From Candidatus Buchananbacteria bacterium (GTDB taxonomy: Bacteria; Patescibacteriota; Patescibacteriia; 2-01-FULL-39-33; JBAYJR01), in the NCBI GenBank assembly GCA_041665005.1, contig JBAYJR010000005.1, forward strand, positions 16,312-80,311: DNA of 64,000 nucleotides, given 5' to 3'. A program made the position numbers and the translations under genes. The notes beneath the pieces were generated by a model. The model did not search any database, was not told the origin of the DNA, and saw nothing but the letters and a program-made list of their open reading frames with translations. This document shows positions 29,099 through 39,227 of the stretch, piece after piece (position 1 is the first letter of the stretch; each line of letters opens with the position of its first letter).

Positions 29099-29800
29099 CT
29101 AATTTTTATTTTTGATATTTACATTTTGAATTAATTTAAGGTACAGCCAATAGGCCAACAAAGCCACGGCGACGCCAGAAAGGACATCAATAAAATAGTG
29201 ATACCTTAAATACATTGTAGACAACCAAACGCTAAGAACAAAAGGTAGTAACCACCAAAAAATAAATCTTTTACGACGCCAACAAAAAAATAAAATCACT
29301 GCGGTATGCGCCACGTGCATACTAGGAAAAGTGTCCCGAGGTGCCCGAACTAAGCTAATTATAAAATTTTCTAGCTTAAAAATTGGCCCACCGATGATTG
29401 ACTGGATAAATTTATCACTCAAATAGCTATCCGGACCAACGGCCGGTAAAATTATATACCCCGTTAAACCAATAATTGAAGTTAGACAAATTAAGATGGT
29501 TATTTTTCGGTATAATTGTTTGTTGTGTAAATAAAAATATAAGGGCGCGACAATTAACAAAGGAAGATATAATAGATAAATTAAGCTAAACCATTCAGTT
29601 AGCCAATAATTATTCCAGCTTTGGATCATTAAGGTTGGTAGTTGACCCCAAAAAAGCCAACGATCAATCGCTGTAAGTAACCAATCAAAACTTTTAATCT
29701 GCCAAAAATCAGCCAGGTAATGAATATTTTGATAAAAAAAGGCCAGCACTAGGTAAGGTGACCAGTCCAGTATAATTTGGTGAAATTTTTTTAAATTCAT
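29099..29800 (-). CDS. PAP2/AUR1-like membrane phosphoesterase or phosphotransferase
   Basis: PAVGP, FPSMH, STMYLRYHYFID; start ATG 29800. Confidence 0.85.
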   Translation of the reverse strand: MNLKKFHQIILDWSPYLVLAFFYQNIHYLADFWQIKSFDWLLTAIDRWLFWGQLPTLMIQSWNNYWLTEWFSLIYLLYLPLLIVAPLYFYLHNKQLYRKITILICLTSIIGLTGYIILPAVGPDSYLSDKFIQSIIGGPIFKLENFIISLVRAPRDTFPSMHVAHTAVILFFCWRRKRFIFWWLLPFVLSVWLSTMYLRYHYFIDVLSGVAVALLAYWLYLKLIQNVNIKNKN

Positions 29801-29801
29801 A

Positions 29802-31091
29802 TTAATGCGTCGCACAACTAATACAAGGGTCGTAGGCGCGGATTAGGGCGCGAATTTTAATCTGGCGATCATGAGGTTTTAGTTTGGTAATATTTGGCAA
29901 GTAAACCTTAATGTCTTCTTCGATATTATCTAAAAATTGTACGGTTGGGGTGATAATATCGGCCTGTTCAATAATACCGTCGCGATTAATTAGATAATGA
30001 TGATAAAGGGTGCCTCGAGGCGCTTCAATCGCCCCTACTCCGGCAGTGGTTTTGCCCAAAGGATTAGCCCAACCGATTAATTTTAGTTTCTGTGCTTGGC
30101 TCACTTCTACTTTAAGGCCTTGAGTATTAAAATTGTTCAGTAGTTTTTGGCACTCTTCTAACAAGTGAACAATTTCAATTGCCTGAGCTGGAATATTCAT
30201 AAAAGTATTATAAACCGGAAAATCCCAAGCTAAGGAGCGCAAAAGTTTTTTGGCTAGTGGATTTAATTGTTGATGATTGTTATTTATTCTGGCCAAAGCA
30301 CCAACCATAAAGGTACCACCAAGATACTCGGCGCGTTTAGCTGCTTCATAAGGTTTTTGTATTTCTTTAATAACCTGGGCATATTTTTCGGCTGGAATAT
30401 GTAAAGCATTAGTTGAAACCAGATCGCCTTGATAAATTGCGTATTCAGTTTTATCTTTCAATGCAATAAATTCGGTGTGACGTTTAATTACCGGATACTT
30501 GATTTTTTGGGTTAAATTAAAAATATTTTTGGCGTCAGTTAATAACTCGGGAATTTGTTGATTTAAATTTTTTAGTTTAGCTAAGTCCGGATATTTTTTA
30601 AAACCACCTACTTCCGAAGCAATCGGATGAATCGCCCGCCCACCAATTAGCGCTAAAAGTTTTAAACCAAAATCTCGTAAGCGCATCGCCGCTTGAGTTT
30701 CGACTGGATATTTTTTAACAAATTTTAAATCATTATTAAGATCAAAAAAATCCGGCAACGATAAAAAAAATAAGTGCAAGCCGTGGCTATGAATAATCTG
30801 ACCATATTGCATTAGCTTGCGTAATAAAATAGTTTGGTTGGTTGGTTGTAAGCCCAGAGCATTTTCAATTGCTTTAATGCTAGTCAAATTATGCACCACC
30901 GGACAAATGCCGCAAATTCTAGCCGTAATAATTGGTGCATCATAATAGTGCCGACCGACCAACAAGCCCTCAATTAAGCGCGAACCTTCAGTGGTAATGA
31001 ATTTAGCCTGCTTAACGTTATTACCTAAAATTTGGGCCACAAAATCAGTGTGTCCTTCCATCTTGCCAATATGATTTACTTGAATTTTCAT
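29802..31091 (-). CDS. hydA: NiFe hydrogenase large (alpha) subunit, group 3b-like
   Basis: KMEGH, ARICGICPVVH (L1), EAPRGTLYH, YDPCISCATH-stop (L2). Confidence 0.92.
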   Translation of the reverse strand: MKIQVNHIGKMEGHTDFVAQILGNNVKQAKFITTEGSRLIEGLLVGRHYYDAPIITARICGICPVVHNLTSIKAIENALGLQPTNQTILLRKLMQYGQIIHSHGLHLFFLSLPDFFDLNNDLKFVKKYPVETQAAMRLRDFGLKLLALIGGRAIHPIASEVGGFKKYPDLAKLKNLNQQIPELLTDAKNIFNLTQKIKYPVIKRHTEFIALKDKTEYAIYQGDLVSTNALHIPAEKYAQVIKEIQKPYEAAKRAEYLGGTFMVGALARINNNHQQLNPLAKKLLRSLAWDFPVYNTFMNIPAQAIEIVHLLEECQKLLNNFNTQGLKVEVSQAQKLKLIGWANPLGKTTAGVGAIEAPRGTLYHHYLINRDGIIEQADIITPTVQFLDNIEEDIKVYLPNITKLKPHDRQIKIRALIRAYDPCISCATH

Positions 31092-31092
31092 A

Positions 31093-31884
31093 TTATTTTT
31101 TGGTTTTTTTACTTTCTTTGATTAACTCCACTTGAAGGCTGTCACGAACACCAAAAACTTCCAGTACTTTACTTATTTCTTCTGAGGAATGTTGGCTAAG
31201 TAATTTTTTCATCAAATTCTTGGTTTTGTGGGTTTTTTGGCTATCCTTAATTAAACCCCGACAACCCCAACAACCTTGGCCACTTTTTAAACAAATTGCC
31301 TGGCAGCCCGCCAAAGTAACTGGCCCCAAACAAATTTCACCTTGCTGTAACAAACAGTCATAACCTCGCAACTGACATTCATTACAAACCGGCTGTTGGG
31401 CAATTTTTGGTAAAACCCCCTCAATCAGCTTATTGGCAATTGTCATAAACTCTTCCCCATCAATTGGACAACCGGGAACAACTAAATCCACCTTAACAAA
31501 ATTAGCAACTTCCTTGATGATTGGATTAGCAATTCCGCGAATATCTTTATAAACCTCGTGGATAGTTTTTTTCTTTAATTGATAATTTTTTATTTCTGGT
31601 ACCCCACCTAAGGCCGCACAATTACCAATTACTACCAACCAGCGACAATGCTTTCTTAAATTTTGTAACAACTCAACGTTGGCCGGAGTAATCGGGTTGC
31701 CTTCAATAAAAACAATGTCATAATTTTCGTTCTGCTTTGAGGTTTCGGCTAGTAATCTAAATTCAGCCAAAGAAACTTTAGTCAGCCAAGCTAAAAATTT
31801 TTGACCTTGATCAAGCATAGAAAATTGACAGCCTTCGCAGGAAGTTAAGCCGATAATAGCAATTTTAGGTTTAATTTTTTCCAT
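31093..31884 (-). CDS. hydD: NiFe hydrogenase small (delta) subunit
   Basis: LTSCEGC, IGNCAALGG, PGCP, VCNEC, CLGPVT.AGC, CWGCRG. Confidence 0.9.
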   Translation of the reverse strand: MEKIKPKIAIIGLTSCEGCQFSMLDQGQKFLAWLTKVSLAEFRLLAETSKQNENYDIVFIEGNPITPANVELLQNLRKHCRWLVVIGNCAALGGVPEIKNYQLKKKTIHEVYKDIRGIANPIIKEVANFVKVDLVVPGCPIDGEEFMTIANKLIEGVLPKIAQQPVCNECQLRGYDCLLQQGEICLGPVTLAGCQAICLKSGQGCWGCRGLIKDSQKTHKTKNLMKKLLSQHSSEEISKVLEVFGVRDSLQVELIKESKKTKK

Positions 31885-32341
31885 AATTTAGTAATTTTTT
31901 AGCTTCGGTAATTTTATCAATCAAAATTTGCGGTTGATTGCAAGTCAAATAAAAATGCCCAACTACAGTTTTTAAATCAATAGACCGATGCCCCTTGGCT
32001 AAATAAACGGTCTGATGGCCAGTTAAACGTCTAATACCAACGGCAGTTATTTTTTTATCACTTAGATCGGCTGTTTGCCAGTAAAAAATATTGGCCAAAG
32101 GAATTTTTTTAGAAAATAAACCAAAACCAAAGTTTAGCTGTTGCGGGGTTAAAGTAATTGTTAAGTGATTAAAATTTATTAGGTAAAACAAATTGACTAT
32201 GGCTACTAACAAACACAGGTTGCCCTTAAAGGTATAACCTAATTGATAATGATAAGCCAAATAAAGAGGAACTATTATCAAAACCACAAAGACCCCAGTT
32301 AAACCAGGATAAGTTAATTGGCGAGTGCGATATAAAATCAT
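31871..32341 (-). CDS. Hypothetical membrane protein (2 TM + PH-like domain)
   Basis: Overlaps neighbours in operon; two TMs, FGFGLFSKKIPL. Confidence 0.65.
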   Translation of the reverse strand: MILYRTRQLTYPGLTGVFVVLIIVPLYLAYHYQLGYTFKGNLCLLVAIVNLFYLINFNHLTITLTPQQLNFGFGLFSKKIPLANIFYWQTADLSDKKITAVGIRRLTGHQTVYLAKGHRSIDLKTVVGHFYLTCNQPQILIDKITEAKKLLNYGKN

Positions 32342-33096
32342 ATAGTTAAATTAGCAATGGCTAAGTTATCAGCGGTAATTTTTTTTAAGTACTGCAACTG
32401 TTTAAGGGTTAATTTGTCACAAAACCAATTCCAATGAAAAGAAACATAATCCCCTACTTTAACTTCTAAACTTAGATTCTTTTCGGGCTGAGCTTTAAAA
32501 ATCTTTTTTATAGTAGTTAAACCAAAGTCTAGTTCGCCATCAATTAGCGCCAAAGGCTGGGTACTAACTGAAAAGCTGTCGCCATTATCGGCCACTACTT
32601 GCCCCCAGGAAATTTTACAATTATCCATGGTTTCTAAGGTATGTTCTAAAGTAAAATGTCCAGTGCGAATAAAAACATTAAAGACATGCCAGCTATGATG
32701 TGGCCAAGGTCGTAAGTTAATTTTATCAGTAATTTCGTTCCACAAATTATTTTTTATTTTTTTATTAAGTTGTAGATCGTCACGTAAAAAATTATATAAA
32801 CTATTTTGTGAAACTTTAGTTAATAATTTATTACCAAGCCAATAGGCTTCTACTACCGAAGCAGCAAAGGGATCAGAAATTTTATTAGCCTCAGCAATTA
32901 ATTTTAAATAAGGATGCATGGTGTTAAATTCTTTTAACAACTCAACCAAACCTAAATCCGCAACTTTTTCCGCGCTGTAGGCTAAAATCTCCTTAGGATT
33001 ATCACCACCACAGTATTTTAACCAATTAGGCGGTAAAGCATAGCGACTACAAAGCAATAGCCCAGCTTGATTAGATTTTGTTAAGGATAGGGTCAT
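32338..33096 (-). CDS. DUF6390-like protein
   Basis: RYALPPN.LKYCG, VVEAYWLGN, PHHSWHV, CKISWG, VSFHW; family recognised from memory. Confidence 0.7.
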   Translation of the reverse strand: MTLSLTKSNQAGLLLCSRYALPPNWLKYCGGDNPKEILAYSAEKVADLGLVELLKEFNTMHPYLKLIAEANKISDPFAASVVEAYWLGNKLLTKVSQNSLYNFLRDDLQLNKKIKNNLWNEITDKINLRPWPHHSWHVFNVFIRTGHFTLEHTLETMDNCKISWGQVVADNGDSFSVSTQPLALIDGELDFGLTTIKKIFKAQPEKNLSLEVKVGDYVSFHWNWFCDKLTLKQLQYLKKITADNLAIANLTI

Positions 33097-33976
33097 AGTT
33101 ATTATTGTAATTAGAGCGATATTTTACCACTAAAAAAACTCCTATAATAAATATACCATAAATAATACCTTGTTTAATTACAAAATTGTGAGTAACAAAA
33201 ATTGTTTGTAAAATAGTAGTAATTGGCGAAGCCACAACCAAAATTGTGCTAACTGTGGTAACTGATAAGTTTTTTAAAGCTAAATACCAAGTACTAATAA
33301 ACAGCGCTAACAAAACTCCCGTTAGACCTAGCCACAGCCACTGATTAAGATTAAATTGCCAGATTAACAAATTTTTTGGCGAAACAAATAAAGCAATCAA
33401 CGGTAAACCAATCAGTAGCCTACTAAAACCAACCATTAGAGGCGAATAATTAGCTAATAAATTTTTGGCTAGGATAAATTCTACAGCCCAAATTAACGTA
33501 GCCAAAAACACCAAATAATCACCAGGTTGGTTAAGCCAAGTAAACTGACCAAACAATAAATAATTACCACCAAACAATATCGCCAAACCGGCATATTGTT
33601 GCCAGTTAATTTTTTCTTTTAGCCAAAATACTGCCAAGCAAGCAATCCAAACGAATAAAGTTTTGTGAATAAAGGAAGCGTTAATGGCGCTGGTTTGCGC
33701 TAGGCCCTTAAAATACCATATAAAAGCTAAGCCACCCCCGCCCAAGCCAATTAGCAAAAATTTAATCCAGGGCAAATTTTTAGTAGTACCAAGTTTAAAA
33801 TTTTTCAAGCTGGGATAAATTAAGGCAAATAAACAGATAACCGCAACTAAATTTTTTAAAAAAGTATATTGTACTGGGTCGGCAAAATTATTTAAAGCTA
33901 GTTTATTAACAAAATTGGCCAGACCGGAAATTACTGCTGCTAAAACGGCTAAAGCTAAATATTTATATTTTTTCAT
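33071..33976 (-). CDS. DMT/EamA family transporter
   Basis: About 10 TM, two EamA repeats. Confidence 0.85.
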   Translation of the reverse strand: MKKYKYLALAVLAAVISGLANFVNKLALNNFADPVQYTFLKNLVAVICLFALIYPSLKNFKLGTTKNLPWIKFLLIGLGGGGLAFIWYFKGLAQTSAINASFIHKTLFVWIACLAVFWLKEKINWQQYAGLAILFGGNYLLFGQFTWLNQPGDYLVFLATLIWAVEFILAKNLLANYSPLMVGFSRLLIGLPLIALFVSPKNLLIWQFNLNQWLWLGLTGVLLALFISTWYLALKNLSVTTVSTILVVASPITTILQTIFVTHNFVIKQGIIYGIFIIGVFLVVKYRSNYNNNYDPILNKI

Positions 33977-34178
33977 GTTGATTTAAAATTTTTAAAATCT
34001 CTTTAGCTTCTTTGGCGGTAATTTTACTTAAAGCCAAATTAGCGTTTGTTAGTAACCAATCCCCTGTTTTTACTTTAGCTAATAATAAATTTTTGACTTG
34101 ATAAATCTTTTTACCATTTTTCACGGTCAGCTCATTATTTTTTATTTTAATTATTTGTACCGGAGTAGTTAAACACAT
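33963..34178 (-). CDS. hypC: HypC/HupF hydrogenase chaperone
   Basis: MCLTTP N-terminus, VKTGDWLL, A..KI...EAKE. Confidence 0.8.
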   Translation of the reverse strand: MCLTTPVQIIKIKNNELTVKNGKKIYQVKNLLLAKVKTGDWLLTNANLALSKITAKEAKEILKILNQHEKI

Positions 34179-34182
34179 AAAA

Positions 34183-34989
34183 TTAGATGGCTTCGGGAAT
34201 ATTTTTTAATTGTTCATAAGTAAACACTGGACCATCTTTACAAACATAATAGGGACCAATCGCACAATGCTGACAAACTCCTAAACCGCAATACATTTTT
34301 CTTTCAAGCGACAAATAAATATTACTTGGTAAAACTTTTTTAGCTAACAAGGATTTTAAAACAAATTTATACATCAGCGGTGGGCCAACCATAATTATTT
34401 TGGTGGTTAAAGAAATTTGAGTCTGGTTTAATAATTCAGTAATTAACCCTTGTTTACCGGGCCACGAACCTTCTGGTTGCTCTAAAATTACTTTAAAGTC
34501 ACTTTTAGCCTGCCAAGTAGCTTGTTCCTTGGTAAATAATAGTGCCCTTTGATTTTTACAGCCATAAATTGTTTGCAAAGATTTTAATGGTAATTTACCG
34601 GCTGTGTAGTCTAAAATAATTGGCCGCAAAGGAATAAAGCCGCAGCCACCACCAATTAGTAACACTGATTGATTAAGTAACTCTTTAGCCAGGCCATTAC
34701 CAAAAGGGCCCCGAATAAATAGGTTATTTCCAGGTTTTAGCTGTTGTAATTTGGTGGTTAAGCCACCAACTTGGCGCACGGCCACGGCTAAAGTATTTTT
34801 AATTTCCGGTGAAGAAGTAAGGCTCAAAGCGGCCTCGCCCCAACCCGGTAAGCCAGCCATAATAAACTGTAAGTATTTAAAATCAAACCTGGTAGCACGA
34901 GGTAACTGTAAGGTTAATAACTTTGTATCCGCCGAGACTGCTTGGCTGCTTAAAATTTTTACCGCTAAAGGTAGATAAGGATTATTCAT
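34183..34989 (-). CDS. hydG: Hydrogenase gamma subunit (FAD/NAD(P)-binding, 2Fe-2S)
   Basis: RGPFGNG, GGGCG, VGPPLM, ERKMYCGLGVCQHC, VCKDGPVF. Confidence 0.88.
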   Translation of the reverse strand: MNNPYLPLAVKILSSQAVSADTKLLTLQLPRATRFDFKYLQFIMAGLPGWGEAALSLTSSPEIKNTLAVAVRQVGGLTTKLQQLKPGNNLFIRGPFGNGLAKELLNQSVLLIGGGCGFIPLRPIILDYTAGKLPLKSLQTIYGCKNQRALLFTKEQATWQAKSDFKVILEQPEGSWPGKQGLITELLNQTQISLTTKIIMVGPPLMYKFVLKSLLAKKVLPSNIYLSLERKMYCGLGVCQHCAIGPYYVCKDGPVFTYEQLKNIPEAI

Positions 34990-34990
34990 A

Positions 34991-35965
34991 CTATTTTTTT
35001 GTCGTTGGTTTTTTTAGTTCCGCTAAAACTTTTCTAATATCAATTCCTACCGGACAAACCTGGTAACAACGTAAACAACTTATACAGCCTGGCACCGCGT
35101 ATTTATATTGCTGCGGAATTCGCACAAATTTATGGGTATACCAAAAAAAGATTCTTTGTTTAATGGTTTCTTGAAAATTATTACCACCGGCCACTAGGCC
35201 AAAATCTGAATTAAAACAATTGCCCGCTACCCGGCAACGGCTACAATTTTTTTCAGTCAAATCAAAGCAATAACAAGTTGGACAAACCGCCGAGCATTTA
35301 CCACAGGCTAAGCAAGTTTTGGCTAATTTTTCCCAAACGGGATGATTAACTGATTTACTTATCAACCCCGCCAATTCTTGAGCTTTAATTGAGCCTTCTT
35401 TGGCCGGGCCAATAAAGGCTACGTGTTGGTAATCAGTAATTCCCTGATTTTCCAAAAATTGTTGCCCCCTTTTGGTACCGGTATAAAAAATAAAATTAGC
35501 GCCATGTTTAATAATAAAAACATCAAAGACTAAATGTTCTAATAAATTATCTTCCAATTCTAAGGCAAAATTTTTGTAATGTTTAGCACTAACAGCGTCG
35601 GCTGGGTGAAAACCAATCACTAAAATTTGACGGCGACGAGCTTGGTAATAAGGATCTTTGGCAAAAACTTGTTCATACAAGGTTAATGCCTTTAAATCTA
35701 AGACGTTCAAACCCCAGGCAATAATGTTTTTTGCTTCTTGATTAATTACGGTTTCCACCTTAGTTTTTTGATAAGTAATTATTTCTTGTTCGGCTGGTAA
35801 AAATATTTCTTTAAAAGAGTTTTGCGGCAGCTTACCAGAATAATCTACGGTTTTAACTTGCGTAATTTTTTGCACCAAAATTTGACGTTTAATTACCACG
35901 GGTCCGTAAATTATAAAACTACCTAATAACTTCTTTAGCCATTTGTCTAAATCTTTTTTTAGCAT
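34991..35965 (-). CDS. hydB: Hydrogenase beta subunit (4Fe-4S dicluster, AsrA-like)
   Basis: CLACGKCSAVCPTCYCF and CISCLRCYQVCPVGID; start trimmed to ATG 35965. Confidence 0.85.
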   Translation of the reverse strand: MLKKDLDKWLKKLLGSFIIYGPVVIKRQILVQKITQVKTVDYSGKLPQNSFKEIFLPAEQEIITYQKTKVETVINQEAKNIIAWGLNVLDLKALTLYEQVFAKDPYYQARRRQILVIGFHPADAVSAKHYKNFALELEDNLLEHLVFDVFIIKHGANFIFYTGTKRGQQFLENQGITDYQHVAFIGPAKEGSIKAQELAGLISKSVNHPVWEKLAKTCLACGKCSAVCPTCYCFDLTEKNCSRCRVAGNCFNSDFGLVAGGNNFQETIKQRIFFWYTHKFVRIPQQYKYAVPGCISCLRCYQVCPVGIDIRKVLAELKKPTTKK

Positions 35966-35969
35966 AAAA

Positions 35970-36977
35970 TTAACGCCAAGTTGGTTGCCATAATTTTTTT
36001 GTTTCTTGCCAAAAAGTATTATCCCCCGACAATTTACGCCAATACATCCACTCCGCTCCCCAAAGATAATATTCCGTAAAGCCGGTTTTTTTAGCGTAAC
36101 TAATTGTCTCACTTAAGCGCGTCAAATTCATAGAGTTGTTTTGTTCGTCTTTGCTCATTTCTTTCATCGGTTTCCAAGTCCAGGGCTCGGCTTGTAATTC
36201 GGTAACAATTATCTTTTTTTGTCCGTAAAGTTTTTGCACCACATAGGCATGTAAACGATAAAGGGCTGGTGGAAGATGATAAGACCAAAAACCTAAATAT
36301 TTATTCCAAACTATGCGATACATAGTGGTGCCCAAATAATCAGACAGTGAAGCCACTCTAAACCAACCGGATAATTCTCCTGAATCGGTTAAATAGACTG
36401 GTCGCGGGTCTAAAGATTGAATTAGGGCGTATTCCTCGGCCAAAAAAGCCTTATCTGGTTTAGGGCAAACGCCAAACAATGAAAGCAAAGGCTCATTTTC
36501 TAGTTGCCAAGCCTTAATATTGTGATAGTTTTTAAAATGTTCTAACTCTACGCGTAGTAATTGCAAAACTTTGGCTTGACTTTCGGTTTCGGGAAAATTT
36601 TTTAGCCAGGCCGGATCGTGACATTCTGGCCAACGCGGTTGCCGACGACCCAAAGTCAAAATTACTTGCACCCCTCGCCTATCAGCTTCCTGTAATTGCC
36701 AATCAATATCTTTAAAATCATATTGGCCGGGAGCTTTTTCTATTTCTGACCAATAATTAGATAAGCGTAAATTATTTACTTTTAAATCATCTAAAATTGC
36801 CAAATAAGTTTGCCGCCAATTTAAACCCAATTGTTCCGCGTAAGGTTTAGAAAAAGAAACCCCCCAGCTAATATTAGCTTTAGTGTAATCTTGCTGATAA
36901 ATAATATAAATTAACAAAATTGCGATAATAACGACTAACCAGCCAGTGCGACTTTTAAAAAAATTATAAAATTTCAT
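35970..36977 (-). CDS. Membrane-anchored clan GH-A glycoside hydrolase-like protein
   Basis: N-terminal TM; YWSEIE..PGQYDF, WQLENEP (acid/base), TELQAEPW (nucleophile). Confidence 0.75.
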   Translation of the reverse strand: MKFYNFFKSRTGWLVVIIAILLIYIIYQQDYTKANISWGVSFSKPYAEQLGLNWRQTYLAILDDLKVNNLRLSNYWSEIEKAPGQYDFKDIDWQLQEADRRGVQVILTLGRRQPRWPECHDPAWLKNFPETESQAKVLQLLRVELEHFKNYHNIKAWQLENEPLLSLFGVCPKPDKAFLAEEYALIQSLDPRPVYLTDSGELSGWFRVASLSDYLGTTMYRIVWNKYLGFWSYHLPPALYRLHAYVVQKLYGQKKIIVTELQAEPWTWKPMKEMSKDEQNNSMNLTRLSETISYAKKTGFTEYYLWGAEWMYWRKLSGDNTFWQETKKLWQPTWR

Positions 36978-36979
36978 AG

Positions 36980-37552
36980 TTAACTGCGCTTAATTCTTCT
37001 TACGTAAGGCTCAATCAAAATAATTAGGATAGTAAAAAAAGCAAATAAAGTAAAGGTCATGGTCCATTTTAGTAGACCAATTGGCCAATGTTCATAAGCG
37101 ACCGGCAAATAACACAGTAAAGACATGGCGACGCCAAAATAATAATCAACCGGAAAAATACCTAGCCATTCTTTATGAATTATTTTGGCTTCAGTTTTAA
37201 AATTATTAAGATCAATATGAGGATTAATCACAAACCACAAAAAATCCCACAAAACAATAAACAAAAAAAAGATTGAAAGAATTTCTAAAAAGTTTATTAA
37301 AGTAAACGGCACACCAAATTCAAAGGGTAACATAAAAAATAAAAAAATTAAGCCAAAAACGTGTAAATGATAACCAGTCAATTCCTTGCCGTGCATCATT
37401 TTTTTAAAAAATTTGGCATACCACTCATCTTCCGCCGGCCGCCAAGTTGGTAATTTTTTAGCCCAACCGTAAGCCCCTTCTATTTCCACTTCTAACGAAG
37501 CTAAAATAAAAGCCAATAAGCATAAATAAAGATCCGCCCAAAGATTAATCAT
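36980..37552 (-). CDS. Hypothetical membrane protein
   Basis: 190 aa, about 5 TM, EIEGAYGWAKKLPTWR, TGYH. Confidence 0.75.
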   Translation of the reverse strand: MINLWADLYLCLLAFILASLEVEIEGAYGWAKKLPTWRPAEDEWYAKFFKKMMHGKELTGYHLHVFGLIFLFFMLPFEFGVPFTLINFLEILSIFFLFIVLWDFLWFVINPHIDLNNFKTEAKIIHKEWLGIFPVDYYFGVAMSLLCYLPVAYEHWPIGLLKWTMTFTLFAFFTILIILIEPYVRRIKRS

Positions 37553-37556
37553 AGGG

Positions 37557-38441
37557 TTATTTAATAACTAAATATAAACCACCAGAAATTATAATAATCG
37601 CTAATATTTTTTGTAATAAAATTTTTTTGTTAACCGCCTCTTTAAAAATTTGCGGCGCTTTAAGCGAAATAACTACCGTAATAATTAGTAAAAAAGCATA
37701 TTGCACGCCTTGCATGGCGTTGATCAAACTAACACTACCTAAAGAAATGGCATAATTGATTAAGAAAAAGCCAATTGCTCCTAAAGCCTGGTTGGTTAAA
37801 AACAAAAATTGCGTTTTTTTCGGTAAGGGCTGGCTTTTGGCAAAAATCGCTGTTCGATATTTGGCAAAAAATAAAAATGGCACAACTGCTAAAAAAGCCC
37901 CAACTGACCGCCAAATAAAAGCACACAAAAATCCTAGTTCGTTGTAGGAATACTTGGAAACAGCGTAAGAAGCGGCAAACAAAAAAGTAGAAGTAGTTGC
38001 CAAGATTAAAGCCTTAGTATTAACTTTTTTACCTTCACTGGTAATTAGCAAACTACCTAAAACTAATAACTCAAATGCGACCAATTGCCAAGTAGTTAAA
38101 CGTTCGCCTACCAAAAAATAGGCAAACGCAAAAACAAAAATTGGCTGTAAGCCCCCGATATAAGGAACAATTCGTGAAGCTTCTTCCACTTTTAAAGCAC
38201 TGAAGAAGGCCAATAAAGCCAAAGAATACAAAACCCCGGAAGCCAAGGCAATAATTAATTGCCAAGCACTGGGCAAATACAGTCCCCAGGGGGCCGCTAA
38301 CAAGATAATTAAACCTAAAGTTGCAATATAAAAAGTATAAACTACCGGCCGAGAAATTTGCTTGGTTAATAAATACTTATCTATTACAAAAACAATAGCA
38401 TTTAAAAATTGAGCAATGATTACTAAAAAAAGCCAAATCAT
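37557..38441 (-). CDS. DMT/EamA family transporter
   Basis: About 10 TM, IDKYLL, EASRIVP, GERLT. Confidence 0.85.
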   Translation of the reverse strand: MIWLFLVIIAQFLNAIVFVIDKYLLTKQISRPVVYTFYIATLGLIILLAAPWGLYLPSAWQLIIALASGVLYSLALLAFFSALKVEEASRIVPYIGGLQPIFVFAFAYFLVGERLTTWQLVAFELLVLGSLLITSEGKKVNTKALILATTSTFLFAASYAVSKYSYNELGFLCAFIWRSVGAFLAVVPFLFFAKYRTAIFAKSQPLPKKTQFLFLTNQALGAIGFFLINYAISLGSVSLINAMQGVQYAFLLIITVVISLKAPQIFKEAVNKKILLQKILAIIIISGGLYLVIK

Positions 38442-38478
38442 ATGGTTATATTATAACACATTTTGCTTAACTAAAAAA

Positions 38479-39219
38479 CTATTCCAAGAGAGTAATAATA
38501 AAAATCATTAACATGCCACCTAAAGTGGCAAAAATTAAAGCCCAAGAACTGTGTTCGTGATGAGCTTCGGGCAATAAATCGGCGGCGCCTAAATAAATAA
38601 AGGACCCGGCAAAGATTGCTAGTATAATGGCTAAAATATAAATTGGTAATAGAACAAAATAACCCAAAGTAGCCCCTAATAACGGCGCCAAGGCCACAGC
38701 TAACAGCCAAAAATAACTTTGACTCAAGGTTTGGTGGTGAAACAAGGAGATAGAAACAGTAGTAATGCCATCAGCTAATTTATGAAAAATAATTGCCACC
38801 GCCAAACTTAAACCTAAAGCCACTGAAACTTTAAAACCTAAACCAATAATTAAACCATCAAAAAAACTATGCAAGATTAAACTAAAAATTTTAGTTGTGC
38901 CCAAATGTTGATGTTGGGCTCGTGAGCATTTTTCACCTTCTGGGCAACTGTGCAAAATAGCCAAGCGTTGTAACAAAAATAACAGCACAAAACCTAGCAT
39001 AATCCCCCAACTTAAGTAATCATTATTAAGTTTGGTCAGATTGCTTAAATTATAACTTTCGGGAATTAAATCAAAAATTGCAACAGCGATTAAACTACCC
39101 GCCGAAAAAGCTAGCACATAATGCAACTGCTGAGAAAATTTAGTGGCTAAATAGCCACCAAGTAAAGTAGCTAAAACTGTAGCCAAGGTTAACAAAAAAA
39201 TAGTCATAAATAAATTCAA
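38479..39219 (-). CDS. ZIP family metal transporter
   Basis: AFSAG, His/Cys loop, HSFFDG, HKLADG, DLLPEAH. Confidence 0.9.
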   Translation of the reverse strand: MNLFMTIFLLTLATVLATLLGGYLATKFSQQLHYVLAFSAGSLIAVAIFDLIPESYNLSNLTKLNNDYLSWGIMLGFVLLFLLQRLAILHSCPEGEKCSRAQHQHLGTTKIFSLILHSFFDGLIIGLGFKVSVALGLSLAVAIIFHKLADGITTVSISLFHHQTLSQSYFWLLAVALAPLLGATLGYFVLLPIYILAIILAIFAGSFIYLGAADLLPEAHHEHSSWALIFATLGGMLMIFIITLLE

Positions 39220-39227
39220 ATTATAAT

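Noticed and set aside
35966-36112. Long overlaps from ORF-track starts (36112, 15568, 1974, 49600)
   Set aside because: Downstream ATGs remove the overlaps and fit family N-termini or SD positions.
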